Shown piece by piece: positions 52,224 through 64,000 of a DNA stretch of 64,000 nucleotides. Both the position numbers and the translations under genes were made by a program. The notes under the pieces are model-generated. The model had not been told where the DNA came from. It saw only the letters and a program-made list of their open reading frames with translations, and searched no databases. Each line of letters opens with the position of its first letter. Position 1 is the stretch's first letter. Where the stretch lies: assembly GCA_951406725.2 (NCBI GenBank), contig OX597814.1, positions 220,968,001-221,032,000 on the forward strand, in the 5' to 3' direction. The stretch is from Octopus vulgaris (Eukaryota).

Positions 52224-52828
52224 TGTTGCTGTTATTGCTATTTTTGTGAGGCCTGAAGGATTAGATGTATAATCAAAGGCTTTCCAGCTATGACTAATAA
52301 GTCGTTATTCCAGGCAGTGTAACGAGGGCTGTATTATCCATTGTGATTGTATAAATTTAAAAAGACATTCGTAGAGATAACAATAATAATTGTTATATAC
52401 CAATTTTCATTTTTTTCCCCTACATACCCAAAAAGAGAAAAGAAAAAGAAACCTGGCCTCGACCGTTGTTATTGGTACAAGAATTCAATGGCATTTAGGC
52501 AGAACGTGGTTTGTGATTGCAGGTTAAACTGTATAACATTATAAATATATCTGAAAAGTTGTAAGCTTGGTTACACGACATCAATGAAAAGTTAGGTGTG
52601 CATAATGTTTTATGGAAATGTACATCATATTTTCTTGTTTCACAAAATCATTTGAATAATTTGTGTAATAGGAAGTGCTCAGACGTTTTGTCTTGTTTAT
52701 AAAACGGTCAGTGAATACAAATGGATGATGGCCAGTTGTAAAGAGAAAAATAGATAACTGGTGTCATTTGACTGGTAGAAGTTATTCTCTCAAGGTTATT
52801 CTCTCTCTCTCTTTTTCTTTCTCTTCAG

Positions 52829-52863
52829 AGGGAGAGCGAGCAAAAGAAAGATCGAGAGAAGAG
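52829..52863 (+). other. Candidate 35-nt micro-exon of an unidentified host gene
   Basis: Long polypyrimidine tract ending ttcag, purine-rich body (one frame RESEQKKDREK), donor AG|GTGAGA; no homology evidence. Confidence 0.3.
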
Positions 52864-53296
52864 GTGAGAGGGTAATAGCTTATCCATGATTGCCGATACG
52901 AAAAGAGGAACAAAGCAGTTTGACTTTTAATTGCAAAACTCGTTGACATCCTTCTTGGTTTGTGACAAAACAGTGAAACTAAAATGTCAGCAGCTGACTG
53001 ACAAGCTCCACGCTTCTTCCTCATCGTTTTTTTCATGACAGTAGGATGTAATTTCATAGTGATTTTGAGGTTATTTCTAGCGAGCAAAGATCATCAGTGA
53101 GGTTCCTTCACTTCGGGGCGTTGTACAAATGTTTGAATGTATATTTGAAGATGTTTTGGGATAACTTGTGAAGCTGGAAGTTAACTACAACCATCAACCT
53201 TGGCCTCAGATTTTCAACCAGTCATTCATCTGACCGATACTTGGTTCCCAGTGTTAGTGCTCTGAAGACATTGACAGTATGCTGCCTACGGCGAAG

Positions 53297-53814
53297 TACC
53301 GTAAATCCTCGAGTATAATCCGCATTTCCCCCCAAAAATTTGAAGGTCAAGATTCCTAGTGCGTACTATATACGAGGTTAAAAATGAAAATTATTTTCTA
53401 AGCAATGTCCGAGTCTCTATTTGCTGTCCGGCAATGTTTATTCAGACGCATTTTGTGATGTCGGGCACAAAAATACCTTAAGCTAAGCCTGAAAGCAATG
53501 AAGTCATAAAAGAATCATCCATAACTTGCAATAAGCAATATTTATTAAATGTTATTACTGTTATTACTGTTATTTATTTTCTGCAAACAAAATGCTCAAA
53601 AAAGCTCCACGTTTGCATTACGTTATATATACAATAATAATAAAGGACGTTACCGTATACGTTTTTACAAACCAAGGACGATGTATAGACCTCCTTGATT
53701 CAAGTTAGCGAAGGGGTGTGTATTATACACAAGGTTTAGGTTTAGAGGTACAGCCCCCTAAAAATCCCCTGCGTATTATACTCGAGGGCGGACTGTGCTC
53801 GAGGATTTACGGTA
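53297..53814. mobile_element. Pogo/Tigger-type (Tc1/mariner superfamily) MITE with TA TSD
   Basis: TA-ccgtaaatcctcgagtataatccgc and gcggactgtgctcgaggatttacgg-TA; subterminal repeats like gcgtattatactcgagg. Confidence 0.92.
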
Positions 53815-54289
53815 CTCTTCTGTTTTAGTAGTTTATTCTCACCCGTTTTGGCCAGATTGGTGACCCAGACTGCACTGATATAATCAATATTGGTTATAAT
53901 ATATTGTTAGTACACTTACGATGTATCTTTTCTCTAAGTCAGATATGGTGCTGGTTAGTAAGTTTTCTTAGAGTTGTGTGAGCTATTTCGCTTTCTTTAC
54001 TGTCTTCTACAAGTGTTGTAAAGGTTGTAAAGATCTTCTGTGAGTGTTTAGAGGAGCAGAGGGAATTATGGGTAATTCTTAATGTTTTTTTTTTTCTTCT
54101 TCTCTGTTCTGTGTATGAAGTCTGTTTATGTTGTTGAATGTGATTGCTATTCTATTTCATGTTCTTTGGTGTTGCTTGTAAGAAGTCAGATTGGGTGGCG
54201 GTTGATAAGTGCTACGTCGAATCTATACAACTATGTTTGTCATTGCTGTTCTTGCTTTCACTTGTTGTTGGTCTTATGTAATAGCTTTG

Positions 54290-54423
54290 TGGTTGTTGCT
54301 GATGTTGCCGTAATCGTTGTTGTTGTTGTTGGTGGTGCTGTTTCTCTTGCTGGTGTTGTTTATGTTGTCGGTATAATTGACACTGTCGTCGCTAATCTTT
54401 TTATGGTTGCTTTTGCTTCTGTT

Positions 54424-54456
<33 letters not shown>

Positions 54457-54615
54457 ACTGCTACTGTTGTCTCTTTTGTTGTTGCTTTGTTGTTGTTGTT
54501 GATAGTGCTGCTGCTGCTGCTGCTGCTGTATTTGTTGTCTTTATTCTTGTTCCTGTAATTCCACTTCCTACTCTGGCTACTTTACCCTCACCACCACCAT
54601 CACCACCACCACCAA

Positions 54616-54670
<55 letters not shown>

Positions 54671-55021
54671 GTCGTAGTCGTCGTAGTCGTCGTAGTCGTC
54701 GTTGTTGACATCATCATCATCATCATCATCACGATCAACATCACTGTAGTCGTTGTAGTTGTCGTCGTCGTCGCCAACCCCTTCTTCCTCCTCCTCCTCG
54801 TCCTCCTCCTCCACCACCACCACCACCACCACCACCACCTCCTCCTCCTCCCCCTCCTCCTCCCACCCATCATCATCATCCTTATCATCAACGTTATTGC
54901 TGCTGTTGTTATTATCGCCACACTCTATTGTTGTTGTTCTTGTTGTTGTTGCCGCCGCTTCTTGTTCATTGATGCAGTGTTATTATCGATTCTTACGATG
55001 TGCGTACACAACCCTTTCAAC

Positions 55022-55053
<32 letters not shown>

Positions 55054-55733
55054 GGTGTATGCGATTGAATATGCGTGTGCGCGTGGATGTGTGTGTGTGT
55101 GTGTGCGCATGTGAATACGTGTGTGTGTGTGTGTGTGTGTGTGTATCTCTATATACGTATATTTGTGTTTACGCGTACGTACACAATCTGTCTGTGAGTC
55201 AGTCGAGCTGTTTGTCAGCCAGGCTGACTGCTTGACTGAAAGTCAGTCGCTTGCTCGCTTGGCCACTATGTTGTTATTGTTATTGTTTATCATGATTGTT
55301 CTTGTGCCTGTTGCTAGTACTGTTGTTGTTGTTATTGTTGTTCCTGTTGTTGTTGTTGTTGCTACAAACATACAACCTCCACGAACTGTATAATGTATTT
55401 TTCATGTTCTTTGACATAATAGTCACCAGTTGGCAACATCACTTAGAATATGTTATCAAACGAACCCAATGACACTGATTGTTTTTGTGTTGGCTTTTTA
55501 TTTATTATTTGTTTTTGTGGTGCTTGATTTTTTTGTTTGTTTGTTTGTTGTTCATTTATCTTTTCTTAAGGTATGTATGTATGTGTGTGTGTGTGGATGC
55601 GTATGTGTGTGTGTGGGTGCATGTGTTTATGCGTATGTGTATGTATTTGTGCGTGTGCGTGTCTGTATGTGTATGTGTGTGCGTGTCATTATATTCTGTA
55701 TTTACTGTTTCAGTAGTATATATATGTATGTAT

Positions 55734-55769
<36 letters not shown>

Positions 55770-55832
55770 GGAGATAGAGAGAGAGAGAGATAGATATATA
55801 TACATATATATAGATATATATGTGTGCATATA

Positions 55833-55871
<39 letters not shown>

Positions 55872-55968
55872 GTGTATATATATATGTGTATGAATGTATA
55901 TATATGTATATAAATAAATATGTATATGTATATACGTATATATATATGTATATGTATATATCTATCTA

Positions 55969-56003
<35 letters not shown>

Positions 56004-56493
56004 ATGTATATATGGTATGTATGTATCTCTTTCTCCACACATATATATGTACAGGTATGGGTAATATGGGTATATAGTATGTGCTTTTGTGTTTATGTGA
56101 GTGTATATTCAGCATGTATATGTATGCGAGAGTGTATATGCAAGCACACAAACATACACCTCTCTATTTCATGGTAATTGAAGCAACTGATAAAAAAGAT
56201 TTGGAAGGGTGACAGAAGAGTATAGGATACAGAGACAGAAATGAATAATAAACGAAGATTGATAGAAATTGATAGATAGATGGATATCGGTAGGTGGACA
56301 TTGATAGATACACAATATATATATTGAAAGGTAGATATTGATAGATAGATCAGATGTTGAGAGATAGGTATTGATGCATAGATAGATAGTTTGATACTGA
56401 TGGGCATTGATTGACATGTAGATAGATATAAACGGATAGGTATTTATACATAAGAAATAGATATCGAGAATTAGCTGTTGATTAATAGATATT

Positions 56494-56548
<55 letters not shown>

Positions 56549-56826
56549 GGAGAGAGAGAGAAAGATAGACTGAAAGACAGATAGATAGATAAATCAATAG
56601 TTATTGTGAGGTACAGGGAGAAAGGGAGAGAAAAAAGGAGGTAGAGAGTAAGGGGGAAGACAGAGGAAAATGAGAAAGGGCATATATATACATACATATA
56701 TATATATACATATATATATACATATATACATACATACATATATATATATACATATATATATACATATATATATATTCATACATATCTATGTATGTATATA
56801 TTCATATGCATATCTATACCTATCTG

Positions 56827-56897
<71 letters not shown>

Positions 56898-57039
56898 AGA
56901 GAGAAACACAGTCGGAAAGAGATGAAAATGGCAAACTTTGAAAGCAGAAAGAAATTAAAAATACGCAAGTAAATTGTGGTGACAAAGGTGAAATAGAATT
57001 AAAGAGGCAGACGAGGAAACTTAGAATACTCGTACAATA

Positions 57040-57074
<35 letters not shown>

Positions 57075-57400
57075 TTACATAGATACCGTTGTGAATCAGG
57101 TTAGTTGTATGCTACTGATGCATCGTCCGTACGCGGGCTAGCGGCGGCGAAGCTGGTAGAATGCATACACACACACACAAACACACACACACACACACAT
57201 GTATGTAATGTATGTGTAGATGTATGCACATATATATATATATATATATATGCATATATATATACACACATATATATATACATATATATATATACACACA
57301 TATATATACATATATACATATATACATATGCACACATACATATATATACATATATATACATATATACATATACATACATATATACATATATATGTATATA
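54290..57400. repeat. Compound triplet arrays (GTT/CAT/GTC/CCT/CAC) followed by TG/TA/GATA microsatellite block
   Basis: Read directly. Confidence 0.93.
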
Positions 57401-58389
57401 CGATTTTTTTTTTTGAATTTTTATTCAAGTTCTTAAAAGAGTTCGAGTTGGTCGTTCACAAAGACTAGACATTTCTGAGTCAAGAGAGCTCCAGGTATTT
57501 GTAAATACGTTGTTGAGTGGGTGTATTGCCTAATATGGTGTGTTGTTTGAGTTGCCAATGCACACATCCAAGTGTATGTAGTTATTCATTTAAAGAATCT
57601 CAGATGTAGAATCTTTGGAATGTCTTACGGATCTTCACTGTGCCACTAATAGATTGGATTTGGAGAATTCATGTCACTTTCTTTTACAGTTTCTTCGAAA
57701 AACCTAGTCCCCTTAGATTTTTGTCTAAACTTATTAGGTACACTAACAGCTAAGCTCGGTTTCACCCGGTCGGTTTGGACGATGTGGTTGTAAAACCTGC
57801 TCTGTGAAAGCATTCGACTTGTTTGGGTACGTTTACGTTAAAAAAACAATTTTAGAATGACTTTTTCTGCGAAAACGCTAAGAATAAGTGACCCCCCCCA
57901 ACCCAAAAAAGAGAACCAAACAAGATTCAACCAAATCAAAAAATAAACCCAAATACTAAGCGAGCAAAGATAAACCATCCCACTTCCATTGCGCGCGTAC
58001 ATGCACACAAACACACAAAAACACACACATACACATTCACATACCCTCCCTTTTATATACACTCACATATATTCACACAGAGTTGAAACGTTGTTTGATT
58101 TATTTTTTCAGCGTACAATTTTCATCATCCCACTACCAAGTATGACATCACCCCTTCCTTCCTTATTCATAAACACAAGAGTATTATTTTAGTAGATTAT
58201 ATCGGGAACCCCGGGAGCTATGAAAAAATACAAAGCCCAGCATCACCACCGGATCATTCTACACATCTGTGTAATTTTTCGCGCAATTCCACCCAGCCGT
58301 TTGACCGTGAATCCCAAGACAAGAAAGAATCGCTCACGTCAGATTTATATGTATAGATAACCTAATGCTCCTAATGCATCTAATGATGA

Positions 58390-58653
58390 AAATAATAAAA
58401 ATAAATGCGCCCTTTTAAAGCCTAGCCAGGCTGAGGGGCCCGGTTTCCCGGTTTCCGTGGCGTATGTGTTCCCCAGCTGGACGGGACGCCAGTCCATCGC
58501 AGCGTTACTCATTTTTGCCAGCTGAGTGAACTGGAGCAACGTGAAATGAAGTGTTTTGCTCAAGAACACAACGCGTCGCCCGGTCCAGGAATCGAAACCA
58601 CAATCTTACGATCATGGTGCTGACACCCTAACCACTAAGCCACGCGCCTCCAC
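58390..58653 (-). mobile_element. SINE D, full length, 13-bp TSD
   Basis: Reverse complement of the 26545 copy; catctaatgatga at 58377-58389 and 58654-58666. Confidence 0.93.
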
Positions 58654-58749
58654 CATCTAATGATGATAGGCACAAATAAGAATTTATAGTCAGAGTATAA
58701 GATCTGAACGTTTCGTAGTTATTCACCATATATTTTCTTTCTTAGTTTT

Positions 58750-60560
58750 TGTACATTCACATCGACTGTATGACTTTTGCATAGCTCTCTTACGTTTACA
58801 CTGAAGTGATGTTTTTTCTTTTTATTTGGGACGTCCCGCCAGTATTCTTTACTTTTAAAGATGTGAATCCCTGCTGGTTCTGACATGCCTTCGTTGTAAA
58901 CGTCAGGTCAGTCCTTCCTGTGGATAGCGTTGTAAATAATCTTTGCAACTATGTCATGCCTCAGGGGCCGTTAGTATCTCGTAGACATTTTGATGCAGTT
59001 GCTGATGATGTGGCTGATATATTCCACACTGGTAGAGTAGAGCCGGAATTTTCTACCACAACGGAGGTTTGGTGGTATCTTTGTCCCTTTTATTTATCAG
59101 GCATTTAGTAGCTGTCCCCTCCTCCTGCGTAGCAAAGGCATAATCTTCTAGGGGGGATGTATTGTATGTATATCATGTTCAGGAGAAGTAATACTTTCTG
59201 CCAGTGCTGTTGTTATCCTCTAGCTTACGGGTTATGTACCCTGCCTCTCCTTCAAGCTTCTGTTTAGGTAAACAGGTCCAGCCTTCTTTGGGTCGCACGA
59301 GACAGTGTATTCCCAGAGTTCCTTCTCCAACTCTGAAGATGCTACTCTCACATTTTAGTATGCATAGAATGTTCTCATTTCCCTCAATATTGTTCAGTAT
59401 TTGTCTGAGTGATGCAATGCGACATTCAAAGTCTGTTTGGACTGACCTTTTGCCTCTATAACCATCACTTGGTCTCACATACTTCCTATCGATGTCTCTG
59501 TTAATGTGTAAGTTACCAGTGGTTGTTAGTACCTTTCTAGCTTTGATTTCCAACCTTCAAATCTCCAGTTCAATATGTCAGTGTTGATACTAACACTGAC
59601 ACTGCAAAGGCATTATGAGATATGATCTTGTTAAATGCAAACAGCTCTGGATTCCATATTTTCCGCAGTTTACAGAAATACTCTTGTTATTCTTGCTTTA
59701 GTCACAGAACCAACGTATGCAACATTCTCATCGATTCCAAGATTCTTGTAGTTTTTATCATTAGAGATAGCGAAGATAGATAAATCATTGCTGTAGTCGA
59801 CAATCTTTTCGCGGTTAACTATCATGTATGAGCATTTATCTTATCCAAACCCCATTCCTAGGTCTCGTGAGTATGTTGTAATAAGTTCTAACCGTCTCTT
59901 CATATTGATGATTCTACTAGAATATAACTCTTTTACTCTTTTACTCTTTTACTTGTTTCAGTCATTTTGACTGCGGCCATGCTGGAGCACCACCTTTAGT
60001 CGAGCGAATCGACCCCGGGACTTATTCTTTGTAAGCCCAGTACTTATTCTATCGGTCTCTTTGCCGAACCGCTAGGTGACGGGGACGTAAACACACCAGC
60101 ATCGGTTGTCAAGCGATGTTGGGGGGACAAACACACACATATATATATTCATATATACGACAGGCTTCTTTCAGTTTCCGTCTATCAAATCCACTCACAA
60201 GACATTGGTCGGCCCGGGGCTATAGCAGAAGACACTTGCCCAAGATGCCACGCAGTGGGACTGAACCCGGAACCATGTGGTTGGTTAGCAAGCTACTTAC
60301 CACACAGCCACTCCTGCGCCTAGGTCATCAACTTTAGGTCCTCAACATAAAATGTGTGGGGGACGTTAGTTTCATTCTTTTCTGCACATCTCAGCATGTA
60401 GCTTTGGCATTTTGTTAACAGGGCTCTGAAGGGGTTCACTACCGGTAACAAAGAACATTACAGATAATCTATCACTCTGGAATATGACTATTGATAGCTT
60501 GATTCTGTTTGTAAAAATAGGTGTTGTTTTAGTAGTAGTCAGTGATAATCGTGTGGAACA
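58750..60560 (-). mobile_element. Second R4/Dong-like (RLE) LINE fragment, RT core to zinc knuckle, interrupted by SINE B
   Basis: 'IFQSDRLS', 'YVEDLK', 'YKNLGIDEN', 'KARKVLTTTGNLHINRDIDRKY', 'EYISHIISNCIKM...RHDIVAK'. Confidence 0.85.
59927..60321 (-). mobile_element. SINE B, full length, nested in the R4-like RT
   Basis: Complete B sequence with (CTTTTACT)n tail. Confidence 0.94.
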
Positions 60561-60914
60561 TGTTTTTTGATTGATTCTAGTTTCAGCTCACGAGCTGTGG
60601 CCTTGCTGGGGCACCGCCATTTTGTGGTCAGTCTCTCAATGGCGTACGCCTCAGCAGCTGATACTTCGGCAAGGTGTTGTGAATAAGTGAGTTGGAAAAC
60701 TCATTTGGGCAGAAAAAGTCAAAGATTATCGTAGGACTTGAAACCGCATCTCTACTGGTCTGCTTTTCCAAAACGAATGTGTGTGTGTGTGTATTTATAT
60801 ATAGGTTTGCAAGGCACTAGCAGACCTCAAGAGACACATTCATGTTATTAGATCATGATTAGCGCTTTATTTTACTGAACTCTCATTTGTCGATCACGAC
60901 AAGAGAACCCATCG

Positions 60915-60971
<57 letters not shown>

Positions 60972-60988
60972 GAGAGAGAGAGAGAGAA

Positions 60989-61261
60989 ATAATTAAGAGG
61001 GTACAAACAAGCAGTACCGGCATGCTGGGTATAGCACTCAAAATGACCAAACCATAAATTTTCACTTAAACACAAAGGTGAAAGCGGGCAAATGAATAAA
61101 AGTCCTAAAACCCCGTACCAATGAAGAAAATAATCGAAAATTGAAAAAGTCAGACATACCCGTATCACCGTGATTCCGAACTATGAGAAAAACTCTTTGG
61201 TTCGGTCATTTTGAATGCCAAATTTAGCATCTCAGTACTAATTGTTAGTATCCTTAATTAT
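60989..61261. mobile_element. Unclassified fold-back/MITE-like element with ~65-bp imperfect inverted arms
   Basis: 60989-61054 (ataattaag...gcactcaaaatgaccaaacca) pairs with 61198-61261 (tggttcggtcattttgaatgc...cttaattat). Confidence 0.7.
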
Positions 61262-61390
61262 TAATTGATAACTTTTTCCTGTTATGGGTTTTTTACGCAT
61301 GCTAAGCCACTTATATTATTATAAACAATAATATCCTCATATACATCTAAATAATCAATAGAAATACGTATGTGCGAGTGTGTATGTGTA

Positions 61391-62266
61391 TAAGAGGTGT
61401 GGTCAAAAAGTATCCGACCTCTGGCCAAAAAACAAATAATACTAAAAACTCATCATTTTGTTTTAGTCTACTTCAAAGTATTCGCCTTGGGAGTCTACTC
61501 ACTTCTGTCAGCGTTCCTGCCATTGCTGTAAACATTTCTGGAAATCACTTTTTGAGATACTGTAGAGCTGTGCTGTCGAATTTTGCTTAATGTTCTGTGT
61601 TGACTTAAATCTTCTCCTTTTCAGTGTTTTTTTTTTTGAGCCTTGGGAATAGGCAAAAGTCACACGGAGCCAAGTCTGGGGAGAGGGAAGCCTGACAAAA
61701 AAGTGGTGTGTTTTGCTTGACAGGGAATTCTTGGACGACTTCGGAAGAATTAGCGGGTGAATTGTGAGGGTAGAGTTTTCAGTTCTTTATCCCCACAGGT
61801 CGAGTCGTTTTCGCCGCACAGCTTCACGAAAGCGACGGAGAAACTTTGCAATCATTTCGTCGTTTCTGTTAGTCGATGGTCTGTCGCAATACGGCTCTCT
61901 GTGCACTGAGATGCAACCATCTTTAAGCCGGTTGTACCAGTCCTTTATCTGTGTTTTTCTCATAGCTTCATCTCCAAAAGCCTTCTGACTCTTCTCGACA
62001 GTTTGGGCTTGTGTATCCCCAAGTTTTTGGTAGAATTTGATAGTACTTTTCTCAAAGCGCTCGGTCATCTTGACTCAAAAAGAAAAATCGCCCAGCATAT
62101 TCTTCACGTTTGTACTCAAGTGCGGGCGAATGGCATAACCTACAGACACAAAAATTTAGGGGCATGCTCAAGAAGGACGCGATCACCTAATACCCATGCG
62201 GATCTTACTCGCGCATTATTTTGTACAGAAAAATCAAGGCCGGATACAGTTTGACTACACCTCGCA
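61391..62266 (-). mobile_element. Mariner-family DNA transposon, internally deleted
   Basis: TIRs gaggtgtggtcaaaaagtatccg and cggatacagtttgactacacctc; HTH 'IKFYQKLGDT...AFGDEAM...WYNRLKDG...RPST' fused to 'LRRFREAVRRKR.DLW'; 'SPDLAPCDFCLFPRLK' near 61640-61685. Confidence 0.93.
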
Positions 62267-62429
62267 CAATCCACCACCACCGATTCCCTTACACGCACTC
62301 CCACATACCCCGTCTCTACCCCACCCTCAGCCTAATCGACACCCCACTTTTTTTTTCACTTACCGAGCGTTAAACTAATACATCTGTTTGTTGTCTACAC
62401 TACCTGTCTTCGTCTGTAGATTTTTTGTG

Positions 62430-62690
<261 letters not shown>

Positions 62691-62828
62691 TATGTGTGTG
62701 TGTATGGTGGTGCTACAGCATGATTGCTGCCGCGTGGATGAATCATATGAAAGAATAATAGATAACACATACATGCACACACTTACATGTATACAAACAT
62801 AGGCATGTTTGTATGTATGAGTATGTGT

Positions 62829-62881
<53 letters not shown>

Positions 62882-64000
62882 AGAGAAGGGGAGAAGGGGA
62901 GAGAGAGTGAGCGAGAGAGAGTCGCTAATAACAAAAAATTAACTAAACCGGAAAATCCGATTTGCATGCATAATACTCGGCTGGCTGTTAAGTTAGTTAC
63001 ATTAGTCAAAATGCATTGGTAAGCACAAGTACGTGTTTGTGTGTGAGCGTGCGTGTGAATACATACATACCTACATATATACATACATGCATACATACAC
63101 AATACATACATACATACATACATACATACATACATACATACATACATACATACATACATACCCGCACAAACATGCATACACCCACAAACATACATATAGA
63201 GAGAGATACATACAAACAGTGATAGACAGGCAGATGGAGATTGACATAAGGACAGATTTTAATATGTTAGCAAAAGATAGAAAGAATATGTGTATGTAAG
63301 GGAGAGAAAGATTTGAAATTAATCCTGGAGCTGAAGGACAAGAAGATAAAGAAAAAATCACTGATGCGTAGACAAATATAGAATTAAATTAAAAAAATTT
63401 TCTAACCATGTTTGAGAGAAACGGTACTTGAAATATATGTTAAGTGTTCAATAGAAATTAAAAATGCAGATCAGACAGCTATTGCAAATGTTTTATTGCT
63501 GATAGAGACATAAATGAAAATATTCCCATGTCTGCTACATGTGTCAAGTAAAACCCGGTTCAAACCACCGAAGAATCTTTTCCACCTTTTACCCTTCCGA
63601 GTCCATGTTATAAGCATCAGGCTTATAGTGTAATCGGTTAAATAACCATCGATACCACACTTCAGGTATGTGTAAGCAAGCCTGCAACGAGGCATGATTG
63701 ACCTTATGGACATAGCAAGTCGACAGCCTTAACCCCCAACCCTACCCCAGATAATATACGCCAAAATACACATATCTATTTGAGTAAGTCTCACATTTCT
63801 GTGCAACTAGGCCATATTTGAACATCGTTGTCTTTTCGATCAGTGTTGACTTGAAGATAAACAATGATAAGAGGGTTTTTTTCAATGTGTGTGTAAAGAG
63901 TCGACTGGGTGGTCAGTTACACTCGAGGAGCGGAACTTCTTCATAACTGATTTGTATACTGTGTCCATACCCTATCCATTTAACTTCCAATAACCCCTGA

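Noticed and set aside
54082-55393. Poly-Asp/Glu, poly-Val and poly-Ser/Thr ORFs
   Set aside because: Compound triplet repeats open in several frames on both strands, with no clear splice sites or domains.
57420-57840. Possible decayed retroelement coding remnant
   Set aside because: No diagnostic motif could be read in any frame.
11516-60337. Recurrent small ORFs such as 'TGFFQFPSTKS', 'RNWYLIYRPRKD' and 'HLHVNFTSRLFR' as a gene family
   Set aside because: They are incidental frames in SINE B, A1 and C1 copies.
63380-63900. Possible Penelope-like C-terminal remnant
   Set aside because: Only a vague resemblance; no GIY-YIG or RT motif recoverable.

Overview
This is AT-rich eukaryotic (animal) DNA, not prokaryotic. 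The very high density of (TA)n/(CA)n/(TACA)n/(ATCT)n/triplet microsatellites and the tRNA-derived SINE families suggest a coleoid cephalopod, most likely an octopus (inference from pattern recognition, not a database search). I find no intact host protein-coding gene; the window reads as a large intron or intergenic region. It holds ~30 SINE copies (labelled here A1/A2, B, C, D), decayed LINE fragments (RTE, R4/Dong-like, Tx1-like, CR1-like, I/Ingi-like), DNA transposons (internally deleted mariner, two Tc1/mariner/pogo-type MITEs, a non-autonomous Helitron, an unclassified fold-back element) and microsatellites. Almost all ORFs in the supplied track are microsatellite- or SINE-derived artefacts. 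The most interesting signals concern mobile-element behaviour: (1) a SINE forming precise head+[body]n multimers at an internal site that matches its own apparent KGT target preference (possible self-targeting); (2) two SINE heads combined with three tails, swapping at about the same point; (3) several elements tied to specific microsatellites (Tx1-like/ATCT, Dong/TAA, SINE C2/TA). Weaker candidates are a 35-nt micro-exon, two recursive-splice-like AG|GT sites and inverted SINE pairs. Family names are local labels and coordinates of decayed elements are approximate.
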